The notes beneath the pieces were generated by a model that was given only the letters and a program-made list of their open reading frames with translations, was not told the origin of the DNA and ran no database searches. This document shows positions 1 to 9,397 of a stretch of 64,000 bases of DNA, in pieces. Numbering within the stretch: position 1 is the first letter of the stretch; the number at the start of each line of letters is the position of its first letter. Origin of the DNA: an uncultured bacterium (GTDB lineage Bacteria > SAR324 > NAC60-12); the NCBI GenBank assembly GCA_965662235.1, contig CBFIGY010000007.1, forward strand, positions 1 to 64,000, written 5' to 3'. Made by a program: the position numbers and the translations under genes.

Positions 1-3000
1 TCGTTGGAAAATGTCTCCTCTGAAGCAGGTGGCGACAACGGAAGCTTCACCGTTGTGCTCACCAGCCGACCTCTGGATAACGTCACGCTCTTCCTCAGCG
101 ACAATGACACCTCTGGCTTGGGGCTGGGGCTGACCTTTATTCCGGACAACCTGACCTTTGACAACAGCAGCGATAACTGGAGTCAGGCGCAAACGGTGAC
201 CTTCCAGGCAACCGACGATGCGTATGACGAAGGACAAAAGGGAGCCGACAACCAGACCTTTACAGCCTTTGTCTCTCAAGTGACCAGTGTGGATGCATTC
301 TACAATGCAGACAACGCGACCAATCAGGGGGATAACCTGACGGGCCTGTTCGCCACCGACAATGATACCGTTGGCGTGTTCGTCGTGCTGGACAACACGT
401 CCAAGGAATCGGGTGACAACGGCACCCTGACGGTTCGGCTGCGGAGCCGTCCGTTTGACAACCTGACGGTCTTCTTTACGGCGGACAACGCTTCTGGATT
501 GGGGATCACCCTGAGTCCATCCTCCTTGAGCTTCGATAACACGAGTGGTAACTGGTCGACCACGCAGGTCATTCAGGTGGTTTCCATCGATGACCAGGTC
601 GATGAGGGCTCTCAGGGACCTGGTGACAACCAGACCTTTGACGTTAGCTTGAGCTCAATCACAGTCACCGATGGTACGGCCGACGCGTTGTATGACAACA
701 CGACGATCGCCTTCCTCAGCCTGAACAGCTGGAAGGCTGCGTTCGACAACACCTTCCAGGTTGCCTCACTGGACAACGACACGGCGGGTCTCAATGTTGC
801 GGCGTCAGGCCAAGATGTTCGAGAGGATCATACGGATAATGCGACCTTGACCGTTTCGCTCAACAGTGAGCCTCAGGACAATGTCACGGTCTCCTTCAAC
901 TCAGACAACGTTACCTACGGCGGTAGCGCGATCCCAGAGACCCTGATCTTTGGTCCGGGGAATTGGAGCGCGTCTCGCACGGTCACCATTGTAGCAACCG
1001 ATGATTCTGTAGATGACGGGGATGATGTGGCTGACAAGACAACCTTTGTCATCCACATTGACAATACGACGTCTGGAGATAACAAGTACGCGCTTGGTCA
1101 AGTGGCTCTCACGGGGACTGAGCAGAATAACTTGACTTTTAATGCTTTTGACAACGACACAGTCGGCATCACGCTGACGCTGCTCAACAGTGATAACTCC
1201 ACTTCTGAGTCGGGCGACAACGCGACCTTCAGTGTGGTGCTCAACAGTGAGCCGACGGACAACGTCACCCTCACACTGGGAGACAACGATACTTCCGGTC
1301 GCTTGCTGGGGCTGAAACTGGTTCCGGACAACCTGACCTTTGCCTCAGACAACTGGAGCGAGGCACAGACGGTCACGGTAGCGGCTCAGCCGGATCAGGT
1401 GGACGAGGGGACTCATGGACCCGATAACCAGACCTTCCTTGTCTCGGTGAAGAGCCTCACCAGCACGGATCCGAAGTATGGGTCTCTGGATAATCTGAGT
1501 CAGAATGGTGGGCAAGCGGACAACCTCAGCTTCCTAGCGGAAGACAACGATAACGCGTCCATCCGCTGGGAGCTCGTCAACAATGCCCTGAAGGAGTCCG
1601 GTGACAACGGGACAATCCGGATCTCTCTCTCCAGTGCGCCAACTGACAATAACAACGCCACCGGGGTGGACAATGTCACGGTTACGCTGGGCAGCAGTGA
1701 CAACACGACCGGCTTCAACCTGGTCTGGAACGGGACAAAGGCTCAGACCCAGACCCTGACGTTTACCTCGGACAATGCCTCCACTTGGGGATGGCAGACC
1801 GTTACGCTGGAAGCTGTTGATGATGCTTACGATGAAGGTGTGCTGGGTCTGGATAACCAATCCTTCCTTGCACAAATCCTCAGCACCTCCTCCGCGGATG
1901 CGATGTATGACAATGCATCGAAGGTCATCTCAGGTGATAATGGGACCGGGTACTCCACCGGCGTCGATAACTTCACCATCCAGGTGCTGGATAACGACAC
2001 GGCCGGCATTGTGCTGACCGTCACGGACAACAACTCGAAGGAGTCCGGTGACAATGGGACCCTCACGGTCCAGCTGCAGAGCCGCCCATGGGACAATGTG
2101 ACGACCACCTGGACGGCGGATAATCACACTGTTACCTTGGCCGACGGCACGCTGGTTCCAACGGGCCTCTACCTCAGCCCCACGGCGCTGACCTTTGGCA
2201 CCGATAACTGGAGCACTGCTCAAACGCTGACGGTGGTCTCTTATCAAGACCATATCAGTGAAGGCACGCAGGGTCTGGACAACCAGACCTTCACTGTCTC
2301 GCTGGTCGCCTCGGACAACAGCAGCAGCCAAGATGGGCTCTATGACAACAACAGCCTCCAGCTGAGCCTAGGAGGCCTCCTAGTGGACAACGTCAGCATG
2401 GCCTCTCTGGACAACGACTCGGCGGGCGTCCTCTGGGACTTCACGGACAACTTCACCGCAGAGGACAACGCGACAGACAACGGTACCGTCGTGGTTTCTC
2501 TGAGCTCTCGACCGTATGACAACATCACGGTCGCGCTCCAGGTGCAGAACATCCTTGCCGCAGACGGCTCTGATCCCGTTGCCACCGAGGTGTCGTTTGA
2601 CAACACGACGGTGACCTTCACCCAGTCCGTGCAGTTTACTTCGTCCAACTGGGACCAGAAGCAAACCGTCACCTTCTGGGCCATCGACGACCAAGTGGAT
2701 GAGAATGCCCTAGGACCGGACAACCACACGGTTACCCTGTTCGTGGACAATGTCACCGTGGACAATGCGACCACGGATCCTCACTTCGTGTACGCCTATG
2801 CGTCCCCATCCTTTACAGTCGACAATCTGACGGCTGTGGTCGGGGACAATGACACCGCAGGTGTCCTGCTGAGCTGGAAAGATGGAGATAACCAAACCAG
2901 TGAGGGGGGAGACACGGCAACAGTGGTGGCGCGCTTGACCTCAAGACCGTTCTTAGGAGACGGCTCAAAAATCAAGCTGCTGATTAGCTTGGCTGACACG

Positions 3001-4578
3001 CGTAGCGCCTACTTCAAGGAGCCTGAAAACGCTGTCTTGTTGAGCAATATTTTGTCAGCTCCCTTTTCGTTAGGACATCAATTAAGTGACGGCCAACTCG
3101 GGTTTTATCAGTCTGTTGACGTCCCTGTGTCTAGCTGGGAAACTCCCACGGGATCCCAGACGATCGTCGGACTGGATAACCTCATCCAAGATGGGGACCG
3201 GACGGGCACAGTGTTCGCTCAGATCAGTACGGCGTACAGCGATCTGAACTTCAATGCAGTGGAGCCCATTTATGACAACCTTAGCTCAGAGCAGACGAAG
3301 TTGGGGCAGCTGACCTTCACCAATGTGGACAATGAGACAAACCTGTCTCTGGGAGTATCCAAATCGAGCGTAAGCGTGTCGGAGAATGGCACCACGGACA
3401 ACTTTACGGTGGTCCTCAGCCAGCGCCCGAGCGACAACGTGACGGTGACGCTCAGCGATAACTTCACCTACTCGGATGACATTCAACTGAGTGGAAACTC
3501 CTTAACCTTTACGACTACGGGACAAGATAACTATACCGTTGTCTTTAGAACAGGATCAGTCTCGGTCATTCAGTCGATCACAGCCAATCCTCTGGGAACC
3601 TGGAGCCTCCCGCAAACGGTGACGGTTTCCGCCGTCAACGACAACCGTTCGGAAGGCGACCAGAACGGAACCTTGACCCTCACAGGAGCCTTCGACAACC
3701 AGACCCAAGCGGCTGACAACCAGACCGTCCAGGCGACCGTTGTTGATGACGATGTTGCGGGGATCGCCTACAGCTGGCTCAATAGTGATAACTTCACCTC
3801 TGAGAATGGTACGACGGCGCAGCTGCTTCTGAAACTGACCAGCTTGCCCTTCAACCGAGATAATGGGACTGGTGTCGATGTGACCGTGCACCTCAACGTT
3901 CGAGGGAAGGACAACCACTCGGTATCCTTCAGTACGGACAACCTGACCTTCACCAGTGGCAACTGGAACAGCGAGCAGACCGTGACGGTGAGTGCGGTCA
4001 ATGATGCCTACGACGAAGGGCAGAATGGTCCAGATAATCAGAGTTATCAGATCTACATTGACAACGTGACCAGCGGTGACTCGGTCTATGCGGCGATGAC
4101 GGCCTTCACAGGGCCCGACATGGCCACGGTTGTGGTGGAAGACAACGACCTCGCAGGCATTGGGGTGGAGTTGATCTCCGCGGATAACTCGAGCTTTGCC
4201 CTCAATGTTTACCTGCTGTCTCAGCCAATGGGAACGGATAATGTGACGGTCAACTTGACTGGCTTTGGCACCCAAACCCGTTTCACCGACAATGTCAGTG
4301 CCCTGGGTAACGCTGTCAACACCCTTCCCGTGACTCTGAGCTGGGCGGACAACGCAACGGTCTACTTGACCAACACCAGCCAGAGCCTTGATAACGAGTC
4401 GGATGACGACGATCAAATCACAGATGGCTGGACCCTCTTCAGCTTCTACGGAACAGCTACGACGGACAACACCAGCTCGTCTTACCATGGCAAGCAGATT
4501 GCCAAGACGCTGATCCGAACGGTTGGGTCGGGTGAGGTCTACACCGACTTTGACAATGGCACGGCTCTTCCGAAGTAA
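1..4578 (+). CDS. Giant repetitive surface protein/adhesin with about 10 full and 1 degenerate Calx-beta-like repeats (5'-truncated)
   Basis: Open from the window edge to TAA at 4576-4578. Recurring ~120-150 aa unit E-x-G-DNGT-x-V-x-L-x-S-x-P...LTF...NWS...QTVTV..DD..DEG...DNDTAG. Rich in D/N/T/S, no Cys. Confidence 0.85.
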   Translation, partial: SLENVSSEAGGDNGSFTVVLTSRPLDNVTLFLSDNDTSGLGLGLTFIPDNLTFDNSSDNWSQAQTVTFQATDDAYDEGQKGADNQTFTAFVSQVTSVDAFYNADNATNQGDNLTGLFATDNDTVGVFVVLDNTSKESGDNGTLTVRLRSRPFDNLTVFFTADNASGLGITLSPSSLSFDNTSGNWSTTQVIQVVSIDDQVDEGSQGPGDNQTFDVSLSSITVTDGTADALYDNTTIAFLSLNSWKAAFDNTFQVASLDNDTAGLNVAASGQDVREDHTDNATLTVSLNSEPQDNVTVSFNSDNVTYGGSAIPETLIFGPGNWSASRTVTIVATDDSVDDGDDVADKTTFVIHIDNTTSGDNKYALGQVALTGTEQNNLTFNAFDNDTVGITLTLLNSDNSTSESGDNATFSVVLNSEPTDNVTLTLGDNDTSGRLLGLKLVPDNLTFASDNWSEAQTVTVAAQPDQVDEGTHGPDNQTFLVSVKSLTSTDPKYGSLDNLSQNGGQADNLSFLAEDNDNASIRWELVNNALKESGDNGTIRISLSSAPTDNNNATGVDNVTVTLGSSDNTTGFNLVWNGTKAQTQTLTFTSDNASTWGWQTVTLEAVDDAYDEGVLGLDNQSFLAQILSTSSADAMYDNASKVISGDNGTGYSTGVDNFTIQVLDNDTAGIVLTVTDNNSKESGDNGTLTVQLQSRPWDNVTTTWTADNHTVTLADGTLVPTGLYLSPTALTFGTDNWSTAQTLTVVSYQDHISEGTQGLDNQTFTVSLVASDNSSSQDGLYDNNSLQLSLGGLLVDNVSMASLDNDSAGVLWDFTDNFTAEDNATDNGTVVVSLSSRPYDNITVALQVQNILAADGSDPVATEVSFDNTTVTFTQSVQFTSSNWDQKQTVTFWAIDDQVDENALGPDNHTVTLFVDNVTVDNATTDPHFVYAYASPSFTVDNLTAVVGDNDTAGVLLSWKDGDNQTSEGGDTATVVARLTSRPFLGDGSKIKLLISLADTRSAYFKEPENAVLLSNILSAPFSLGHQLSDGQLGFYQSVDVPVSSWETPTGSQTIVGLDNLIQDGDRTGTVFAQISTAYSDLNFNAVEPIYDNLSSEQTKLGQLTFTNVDNETNLSLGVSKSSVSVSENGTTDNFTVVLSQRPSDNVTVTLSDNFTYSDDIQLSGNSLTFTTTGQDNYTVVFRTGSVSVIQSITANPLGTWSLPQTVTVSAVNDNRSEGDQNGTLTLTGAFDNQTQAADNQTVQATVVDDDVAGIAYSWLNSDNFTSENGTTAQLLLKLTSLPFNRDNGTGVDVTVHLNVRGKDNHSVSFSTDNLTFTSGNWNSEQTVTVSAVNDAYDEGQNGPDNQSYQIYIDNVTSGDSVYAAMTAFTGPDMATVVVEDNDLAGIGVELISADNSSFALNVYLLSQPMGTDNVTVNLTGFGTQTRFTDNVSALGNAVNTLPVTLSWADNATVYLTNTSQSLDNESDDDDQITDGWTLFSFYGTATTDNTSSSYHGKQIAKTLIRTVGSGEVYTDFDNGTALPK

Positions 4579-4582
4579 GCTG

Positions 4583-5443
4583 ATGATGCGTTGGATTGGA
4601 CTCTTCTTGCTCGCGGTGGGCCTTGGGTTCGGGGCATGGTGGTACCTGACGCCACCGACGTTTGAACTCCAGGTCACAGCTCTGGACACCACCACGGGTG
4701 AAGCCGCAGGGGAGTCCGGCTTAGACGTAGGGGTGTTTGAGGTGCAGCTCTCCGCTAACCCACGGGGCCCTGTGACTCTGCAGCTGACCAGCTCCAACCC
4801 AGATCAGGGGGTTCCGGAGCGTCCGACCCTCACCTTCACCGAGGAGAACTGGAACCGCCCTCAGGCCTTCACCGTCTTGGGCGTGGATGAGTTCCTGGAC
4901 GATGGGGATGTCCCTTATCAGGTACATCTCCTCTGGGAGGATCCGGACACGGACCGCAGGGCGGAAGCCACGGTGGACCTGCTGGGGCTGGATGATGATG
5001 AGAAGCAGATCCTCATCGGCTTCCTTCCGGCCTCCGCACCCAATGAGGCCCGCCTGCAGGTGAGCTTGGCAACGGAGCCTGAGACCCCGGTGGAACTTTG
5101 GGTAAAGGGAGGCGAGTCGAGTTGGAAGCACAGTGGCATGCGGGGTCAGGAAACGGATTTCCGAGCAGTGGCCTCTCCAGAGGTGCTGCGGTTTGACGTC
5201 CACAACTGGCAGGTTCCACAGGAGGTGACCATTCGGTCGCGCACCGGATCCCTGGCGGCTCTCACCGAGGAAGAGGCTCGCCGTAACTTTGACTGGGTCA
5301 TCCGAGGAACATCCCTGAGGCTGGAGTGGCTCAAGGTCGTGGTCCTGCAGCCGTATGACTCAGGCGACTACCGCAATTACAGCCACTCAGTCCTCCTCAA
5401 CCCTCAGCGTTGCTTGCGCTGCAACCGCCCTCCAGCGTCCTGA
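4583..5443 (+). CDS. Membrane-anchored protein with 1-2 Calx-beta-like domains related to the upstream repeats
   Basis: ATG 4 nt after the upstream stop. N-terminal hydrophobic helix; FEVQLSANP...LTFTEENWNRPQ...GVDEFLDDGD...DDD; C-terminal CxxC. Confidence 0.75.
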   Translation: MMRWIGLFLLAVGLGFGAWWYLTPPTFELQVTALDTTTGEAAGESGLDVGVFEVQLSANPRGPVTLQLTSSNPDQGVPERPTLTFTEENWNRPQAFTVLGVDEFLDDGDVPYQVHLLWEDPDTDRRAEATVDLLGLDDDEKQILIGFLPASAPNEARLQVSLATEPETPVELWVKGGESSWKHSGMRGQETDFRAVASPEVLRFDVHNWQVPQEVTIRSRTGSLAALTEEEARRNFDWVIRGTSLRLEWLKVVVLQPYDSGDYRNYSHSVLLNPQRCLRCNRPPAS

Positions 5444-5449
5444 CGCCTC

Positions 5450-6766
5450 TCAGGACAGGCCATTCTGGCGGATGATCTGTTGCATCAACCGGAAGGAATC
5501 CTTGGGCGTTCGTGCCTGAGTCGCGTAGTCCACATGCACCACCCCAAAGCGTTTGGAGTAGCCAAACGCCCACTCAAAGTTGTCCAGCAGCGACCAAACA
5601 AAGTACCCTTCCACCCGAGCACCGTCGGTGATGGCCCGGTGGGTCGCCGCCAGGTACCCCTTGAGGTAATCCACTCGCAGGGGATCGGGAACCTCCCCTG
5701 AAGCGACCGGCACATCCGGAGAGGCACACCCATTCTCCGTGATGAACACCCGCGGGTTGCCGTAACGCTCCTTAAGCTCCAACAGCTGCTGATGCAGAGC
5801 CTCTGGGGCAATCTCCCACCCCATGTCCGTCACCGGACGTCCTGCAGGAACGGCTGCACCGCTGAAACCAATGGGCTCGTCGGCGTCCGCCTGAGCCCGC
5901 ATGGGGCAGTAGTGGTTCAGCCCAAAGAAGTCGAGGGGCTGGTGAATGAGGTCCAGGTCTCCTGCCTCAATCCAGGGCTGAAGCGCTTGGGCCAGTGCCT
6001 CCGGATACGTGCCGAGCAAGCAGGGGTCGGTGAAGGCACGGTTCCAGAACAGGTCAAACTGATCCGTAGCCTCCGGAGCCTGCTCACGGTCCCAGAAGGG
6101 GGCCATGGCAACCACGAGTCCTAGCTGAAACTGGGGGTTGAGCCGCCTCAGGGCCTGTGTGGCCAGCCCGTGCCCGAGGTTGAGGTGATGCGTCACCGCC
6201 TGCACCGCCTGCAGGTCCCGGAGGCCAGGGGCGTGAACCCCCCATCCGTGTCCCAAGAGGCTGATGACGTTCGGTTCATTGTGCGTGATCCAGTGCGTCA
6301 CCAGCTCTCCCAGGTGCTTGCCCATTCCCTCAGCATACTCGGCAAACCGTGTGGCGGTGGCGCGCGCCCGCCAGCCTCCCTGGTCCTCCACCCACTGGGG
6401 CAGGTCCCAGTGGTTCAGGCAGATCCAGGGCTCGATGCCCTGTGCCTGGAGGGCCTCCACGAGGCGGCGGTAAAAAGCAAGGCCTTCAGGGTTGAAGGTC
6501 CCGGAGGCATCCGGTTGAATGCGAGACCAGGCTACGGAGAAGCGGTACACCGACACGCCCAGCTCCTTCATCAGGGCAACGTCTTCCTCGAAACGGTGGT
6601 AGTGGTCACAGGCCTCTGCACCACTGCTGCCATCAGAAATCACTCCTGCTTGCTGACAAAAGGTGTCCCAGATGCTCGCGGTCCGTCCGCCCTCGGCCAC
6701 GGCCCCCTCAATTTGATAACTCGAGGTCGATGTGCCCCAGCAAAATCCTTCAGGAAAGCTCGTCAT
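5450..6766 (-). CDS. bglA: Beta-glucosidase, GH1
   Basis: FPEGFCWG/SSYQIEG, YRFSVAWSRI, THNEP acid/base, ITENG nucleophile, WSLLDNFEW. Confidence 0.95.
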   Translation of the reverse strand: MTSFPEGFCWGTSTSSYQIEGAVAEGGRTASIWDTFCQQAGVISDGSSGAEACDHYHRFEEDVALMKELGVSVYRFSVAWSRIQPDASGTFNPEGLAFYRRLVEALQAQGIEPWICLNHWDLPQWVEDQGGWRARATATRFAEYAEGMGKHLGELVTHWITHNEPNVISLLGHGWGVHAPGLRDLQAVQAVTHHLNLGHGLATQALRRLNPQFQLGLVVAMAPFWDREQAPEATDQFDLFWNRAFTDPCLLGTYPEALAQALQPWIEAGDLDLIHQPLDFFGLNHYCPMRAQADADEPIGFSGAAVPAGRPVTDMGWEIAPEALHQQLLELKERYGNPRVFITENGCASPDVPVASGEVPDPLRVDYLKGYLAATHRAITDGARVEGYFVWSLLDNFEWAFGYSKRFGVVHVDYATQARTPKDSFRLMQQIIRQNGLS

Positions 6767-6843
6767 TATTCCTCCAAAAAACGTGTTCAGTTGCAGGCTC
6801 TCCTCCCAAATTCAGGGAACTTGCCGCAAATCTCAAATTTTTA

Positions 6844-6872
6844 TTGACACCGTTCAGAGGGACCTCTAACGT
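6844..6872 (+). promoter_or_regulatory. Sigma70-type promoter of the agl-glg cluster
   Basis: TTGACA (6844-6849), 17 bp spacer, TAACGT (6867-6872). Confidence 0.7.
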
Positions 6873-6898
6873 TATGGGCCAGACCCTCTCCACCCCTC

Positions 6899-6916
6899 AT
6901 CCAAAACGTTTTGGAT
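6899..6916. promoter_or_regulatory. LacI-family-type operator (AglR-like)
   Basis: Perfect 18-bp palindrome ATCCAAAACGTTTTGGAT with central CG, between the promoter and aglE. Confidence 0.75.
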
Positions 6917-6983
6917 TTGTGCCGGAGAGGTCCCGGGAAGCAGAGCGCGTTCCGGGTCTATCATTCACCAACGGGAGATCGAG

Positions 6984-8303
6984 ATGAAGAAATTGATGAA
7001 GTCGATGATGGCCGCAGTGGCCACAGTGGCTCTGGCCTCCGTTGCCTATGCAGGCGGACATGGCGGGTACAAGGGACCGGACCTGACGGGTCAGACGGTG
7101 ACCATTGCCGGTCCGTGGCTGACGGCAGACGAGGCGAGTTTTGAGAAGGTGGTTGCCGCGTTTGAGAAGGCAACGGGTGCGAAGGTGGAGTACAGTGGCT
7201 CCGACAGCTTTGAGCAGCAGATCGTGATTGACATCAAGGCGGGCAGTCCGCCGAACCTGGCCGCCTTCCCGCAGCCGGGACTGGCTGCCAACATGGCCGC
7301 CATCGACGGTCTGGTTCCGTTGGGAAATGAGGCGGCACAGTGGGTCCGTGACAACTACGCGGCCGGACAGTCCTGGGTGGACCTGGGCACTTACTCCAAC
7401 AAGGCGGGGCAGGACCAGTTCTACGGCTTCTTCTACAACGTGAACGTCAAGTCCCTGGTGTGGTACGTGCCGGAGAACTTCGAAGCCGCGGGCTATGAAG
7501 TCCCGAAGACCATGGAAGACCTGATTGCACTGAGTGATCAGATCGTCAAGGACGGAGGCACCCCGTGGTGCATCGGCCTGGGTTCTGGAGACGCAACGGG
7601 CTGGCCGGCCACCGACTGGGTGGAAGACATCATGCTCCGCACCCAAACCCCGGACGTTTATGACGGTTGGGTGACCAACAGCGTCAAGTTCAACGACCCG
7701 CGGGTGGTCAATGCCATTGAGACCTTCGGCAAGTTTGCCAAGAACGACAGCTACGTCGAAGGGGGCTCCCGAGCCGTGGGGGCAACGGACTTCCGCGACA
7801 GCCCCAAGGGTCTGTTCTCGGTGCCGCCCAAGTGCTACATGCACCGCCAGGCGAGCTTCATTCCGGCCTTCTTCCCAGAAGGGGTGCAGGTGGGAACCGA
7901 TGCAGACTTCTTCTACTTCCCACCGTTTGCCGCCAAAGCTGCTGAGCTGGGCAACCCGGTTCTGGGAGGCGGAACGCTGCTGGCCATCACCAAGGACAGC
8001 CCCGCAACCCGCGAGTTCATGCGCTACCTGCAGCACCCGATGTCTCATGAGATCTGGATGGCCGAAGGGGCCTTCCTGACGCCGCACAAGGGTGTGGACG
8101 TGGCCAAGTACCCGAACCCGACTCAGCGCAAGACGGGTGAGATTCTGCTCAATGCCACCACCTTCCGCTTTGATGGGTCGGACCTGATGCCGGGAGCAAT
8201 TGGCGCCGGAGCCTTCTGGAGCCAGATGGTGTTCTACGTCAGTGGCGCTTCTGCTCAGAAGGTGGCGGACAACATCCAAACGACCTGGGATTCCATCAAG
8301 TAA
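6984..8303 (+). CDS. aglE: Alpha-glucoside ABC transporter substrate-binding protein
   Basis: Signal peptide; FPQPGL, VKSLVWY, WCIGLGSGDATGWPATDWVED, CYMHRQASFI, FRFDGSDLMPG typical of AglE. Confidence 0.9.
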   Translation: MKKLMKSMMAAVATVALASVAYAGGHGGYKGPDLTGQTVTIAGPWLTADEASFEKVVAAFEKATGAKVEYSGSDSFEQQIVIDIKAGSPPNLAAFPQPGLAANMAAIDGLVPLGNEAAQWVRDNYAAGQSWVDLGTYSNKAGQDQFYGFFYNVNVKSLVWYVPENFEAAGYEVPKTMEDLIALSDQIVKDGGTPWCIGLGSGDATGWPATDWVEDIMLRTQTPDVYDGWVTNSVKFNDPRVVNAIETFGKFAKNDSYVEGGSRAVGATDFRDSPKGLFSVPPKCYMHRQASFIPAFFPEGVQVGTDADFFYFPPFAAKAAELGNPVLGGGTLLAITKDSPATREFMRYLQHPMSHEIWMAEGAFLTPHKGVDVAKYPNPTQRKTGEILLNATTFRFDGSDLMPGAIGAGAFWSQMVFYVSGASAQKVADNIQTTWDSIK

Positions 8304-8333
8304 GCTCCCCAGACGTTTTCCCTTCTCTGTTCA

Positions 8334-8353
8334 AACCGGGCTTCGGCCCGGTT
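8334..8353 (+). terminator. Intercistronic stem-loop after aglE (mRNA stabiliser or partial terminator)
   Basis: AACCGGGC-TTCG-GCCCGGTT: 8-bp stem with C(UUCG)G tetraloop; no strong U-tract. Confidence 0.6.
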
Positions 8354-8383
8354 CCTTCCCATTTGACCTTCAGGAGAGAAACC

Positions 8384-9397
8384 ATGGCCGATCAGGTTCT
8401 GAGTGCGCTTACGGCCGTCATCATGGGCGTGGGGGCGTGCTTGTTTTACTTTTGGGGCAGCAACTTTCTGCTCGACCGCCTCCTTGCAGACCGGACCCTT
8501 GCCAACGGGCACGTCCTCAGCCGCGATGCACAGCGGGACGCGATCCGGCCCTGGCTCTTCATCCTCCCAGCGGCGTCCATCCTCTTCATCTACTTGATCT
8601 ACCCGGTCTATGAGACCGTCCGCCTGAGCTTCTACGATTCCATTGGAGAGAACTTCATCGGCTGGAGCAACTACTCCTGGGCCCTGGCCAACCCGCAGCT
8701 GCTTCAGGCGATTGGCAACAACGCCCTGTGGCTGGTGGTGGTTCCGTCTCTCAGTGTGGCCTTTGGGCTGCTGGTGGCGGTTCTGGCGGACCGTGTCTGG
8801 TGGGGCACCGTGGCCAAGTCCCTGATCTTCATGCCCATGGCCATCAGCTTCGTGGGAGCCAGCGTGATCTGGAAGTTTGTCTACGACTTCCGGGGACCCG
8901 GGTCTGACCAGATTGGGATCTTGAATGCTGTGGTGGTCGCCCTTGGGGGAGAGCCGCAGGCGTGGATCACCTTGCCCTTCTGGAACAACCTCTTTCTGAT
9001 GGTGATCCTGGTCTGGATCCAGACGGGGTTTGCCATGGTCATCTTCAGCGCAGCCCTGCGTGGAGTTCCGGAGGAGACGCTGGAAGCGGCTCGCATCGAC
9101 GGCGCCAACGAGGTCCAGATCTTCTTCAAGATCATGATCCCTCAGATCATGAGCACCATTGTGGTCGTGTGGACCACCATCACCATCATCGTCCTCAAGA
9201 TCTTCGACATCGTCCTGGCCATGACCAACGGCCAGTGGGGCACGGAGGTGCTGGCGAACATGATGTACAACTGGATGTTCCGCGGAGGTGGAGACTCCGG
9301 AAGAAGCAGCACCATTGCCATTTTCATCATGATTGCGGTCATTCCCATCATGGTCTGGAACATCAAGAAATTCCGCGAAGAGGAGAAGGCCCGATGA
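8384..9397 (+). CDS. aglF: Alpha-glucoside ABC transporter permease
   Basis: AGGAG RBS, multiple TM helices, EAA loop EAARIDGA. Confidence 0.9.
   Translation: MADQVLSALTAVIMGVGACLFYFWGSNFLLDRLLADRTLANGHVLSRDAQRDAIRPWLFILPAASILFIYLIYPVYETVRLSFYDSIGENFIGWSNYSWALANPQLLQAIGNNALWLVVVPSLSVAFGLLVAVLADRVWWGTVAKSLIFMPMAISFVGASVIWKFVYDFRGPGSDQIGILNAVVVALGGEPQAWITLPFWNNLFLMVILVWIQTGFAMVIFSAALRGVPEETLEAARIDGANEVQIFFKIMIPQIMSTIVVVWTTITIIVLKIFDIVLAMTNGQWGTEVLANMMYNWMFRGGGDSGRSSTIAIFIMIAVIPIMVWNIKKFREEEKAR

Noticed and set aside
1..4578. CRISPR array or DNA tandem repeat (recurrent GACAAC)
   Set aside because: The repetition is at protein level (Asp-Asn, using both GAC/GAT and AAC/AAT) inside one ORF; there are no identical spaced repeats.
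8962..9393. Apparent N-terminal extensions in the ORF track (aglG from 8962, amylosucrase from 17961, paaD from 22158, TetR from 22636, TesA from 47682)
   Set aside because: They overlap upstream genes. Coupled starts and motif boundaries point to later starts, so these are not fusions or frameshifts.
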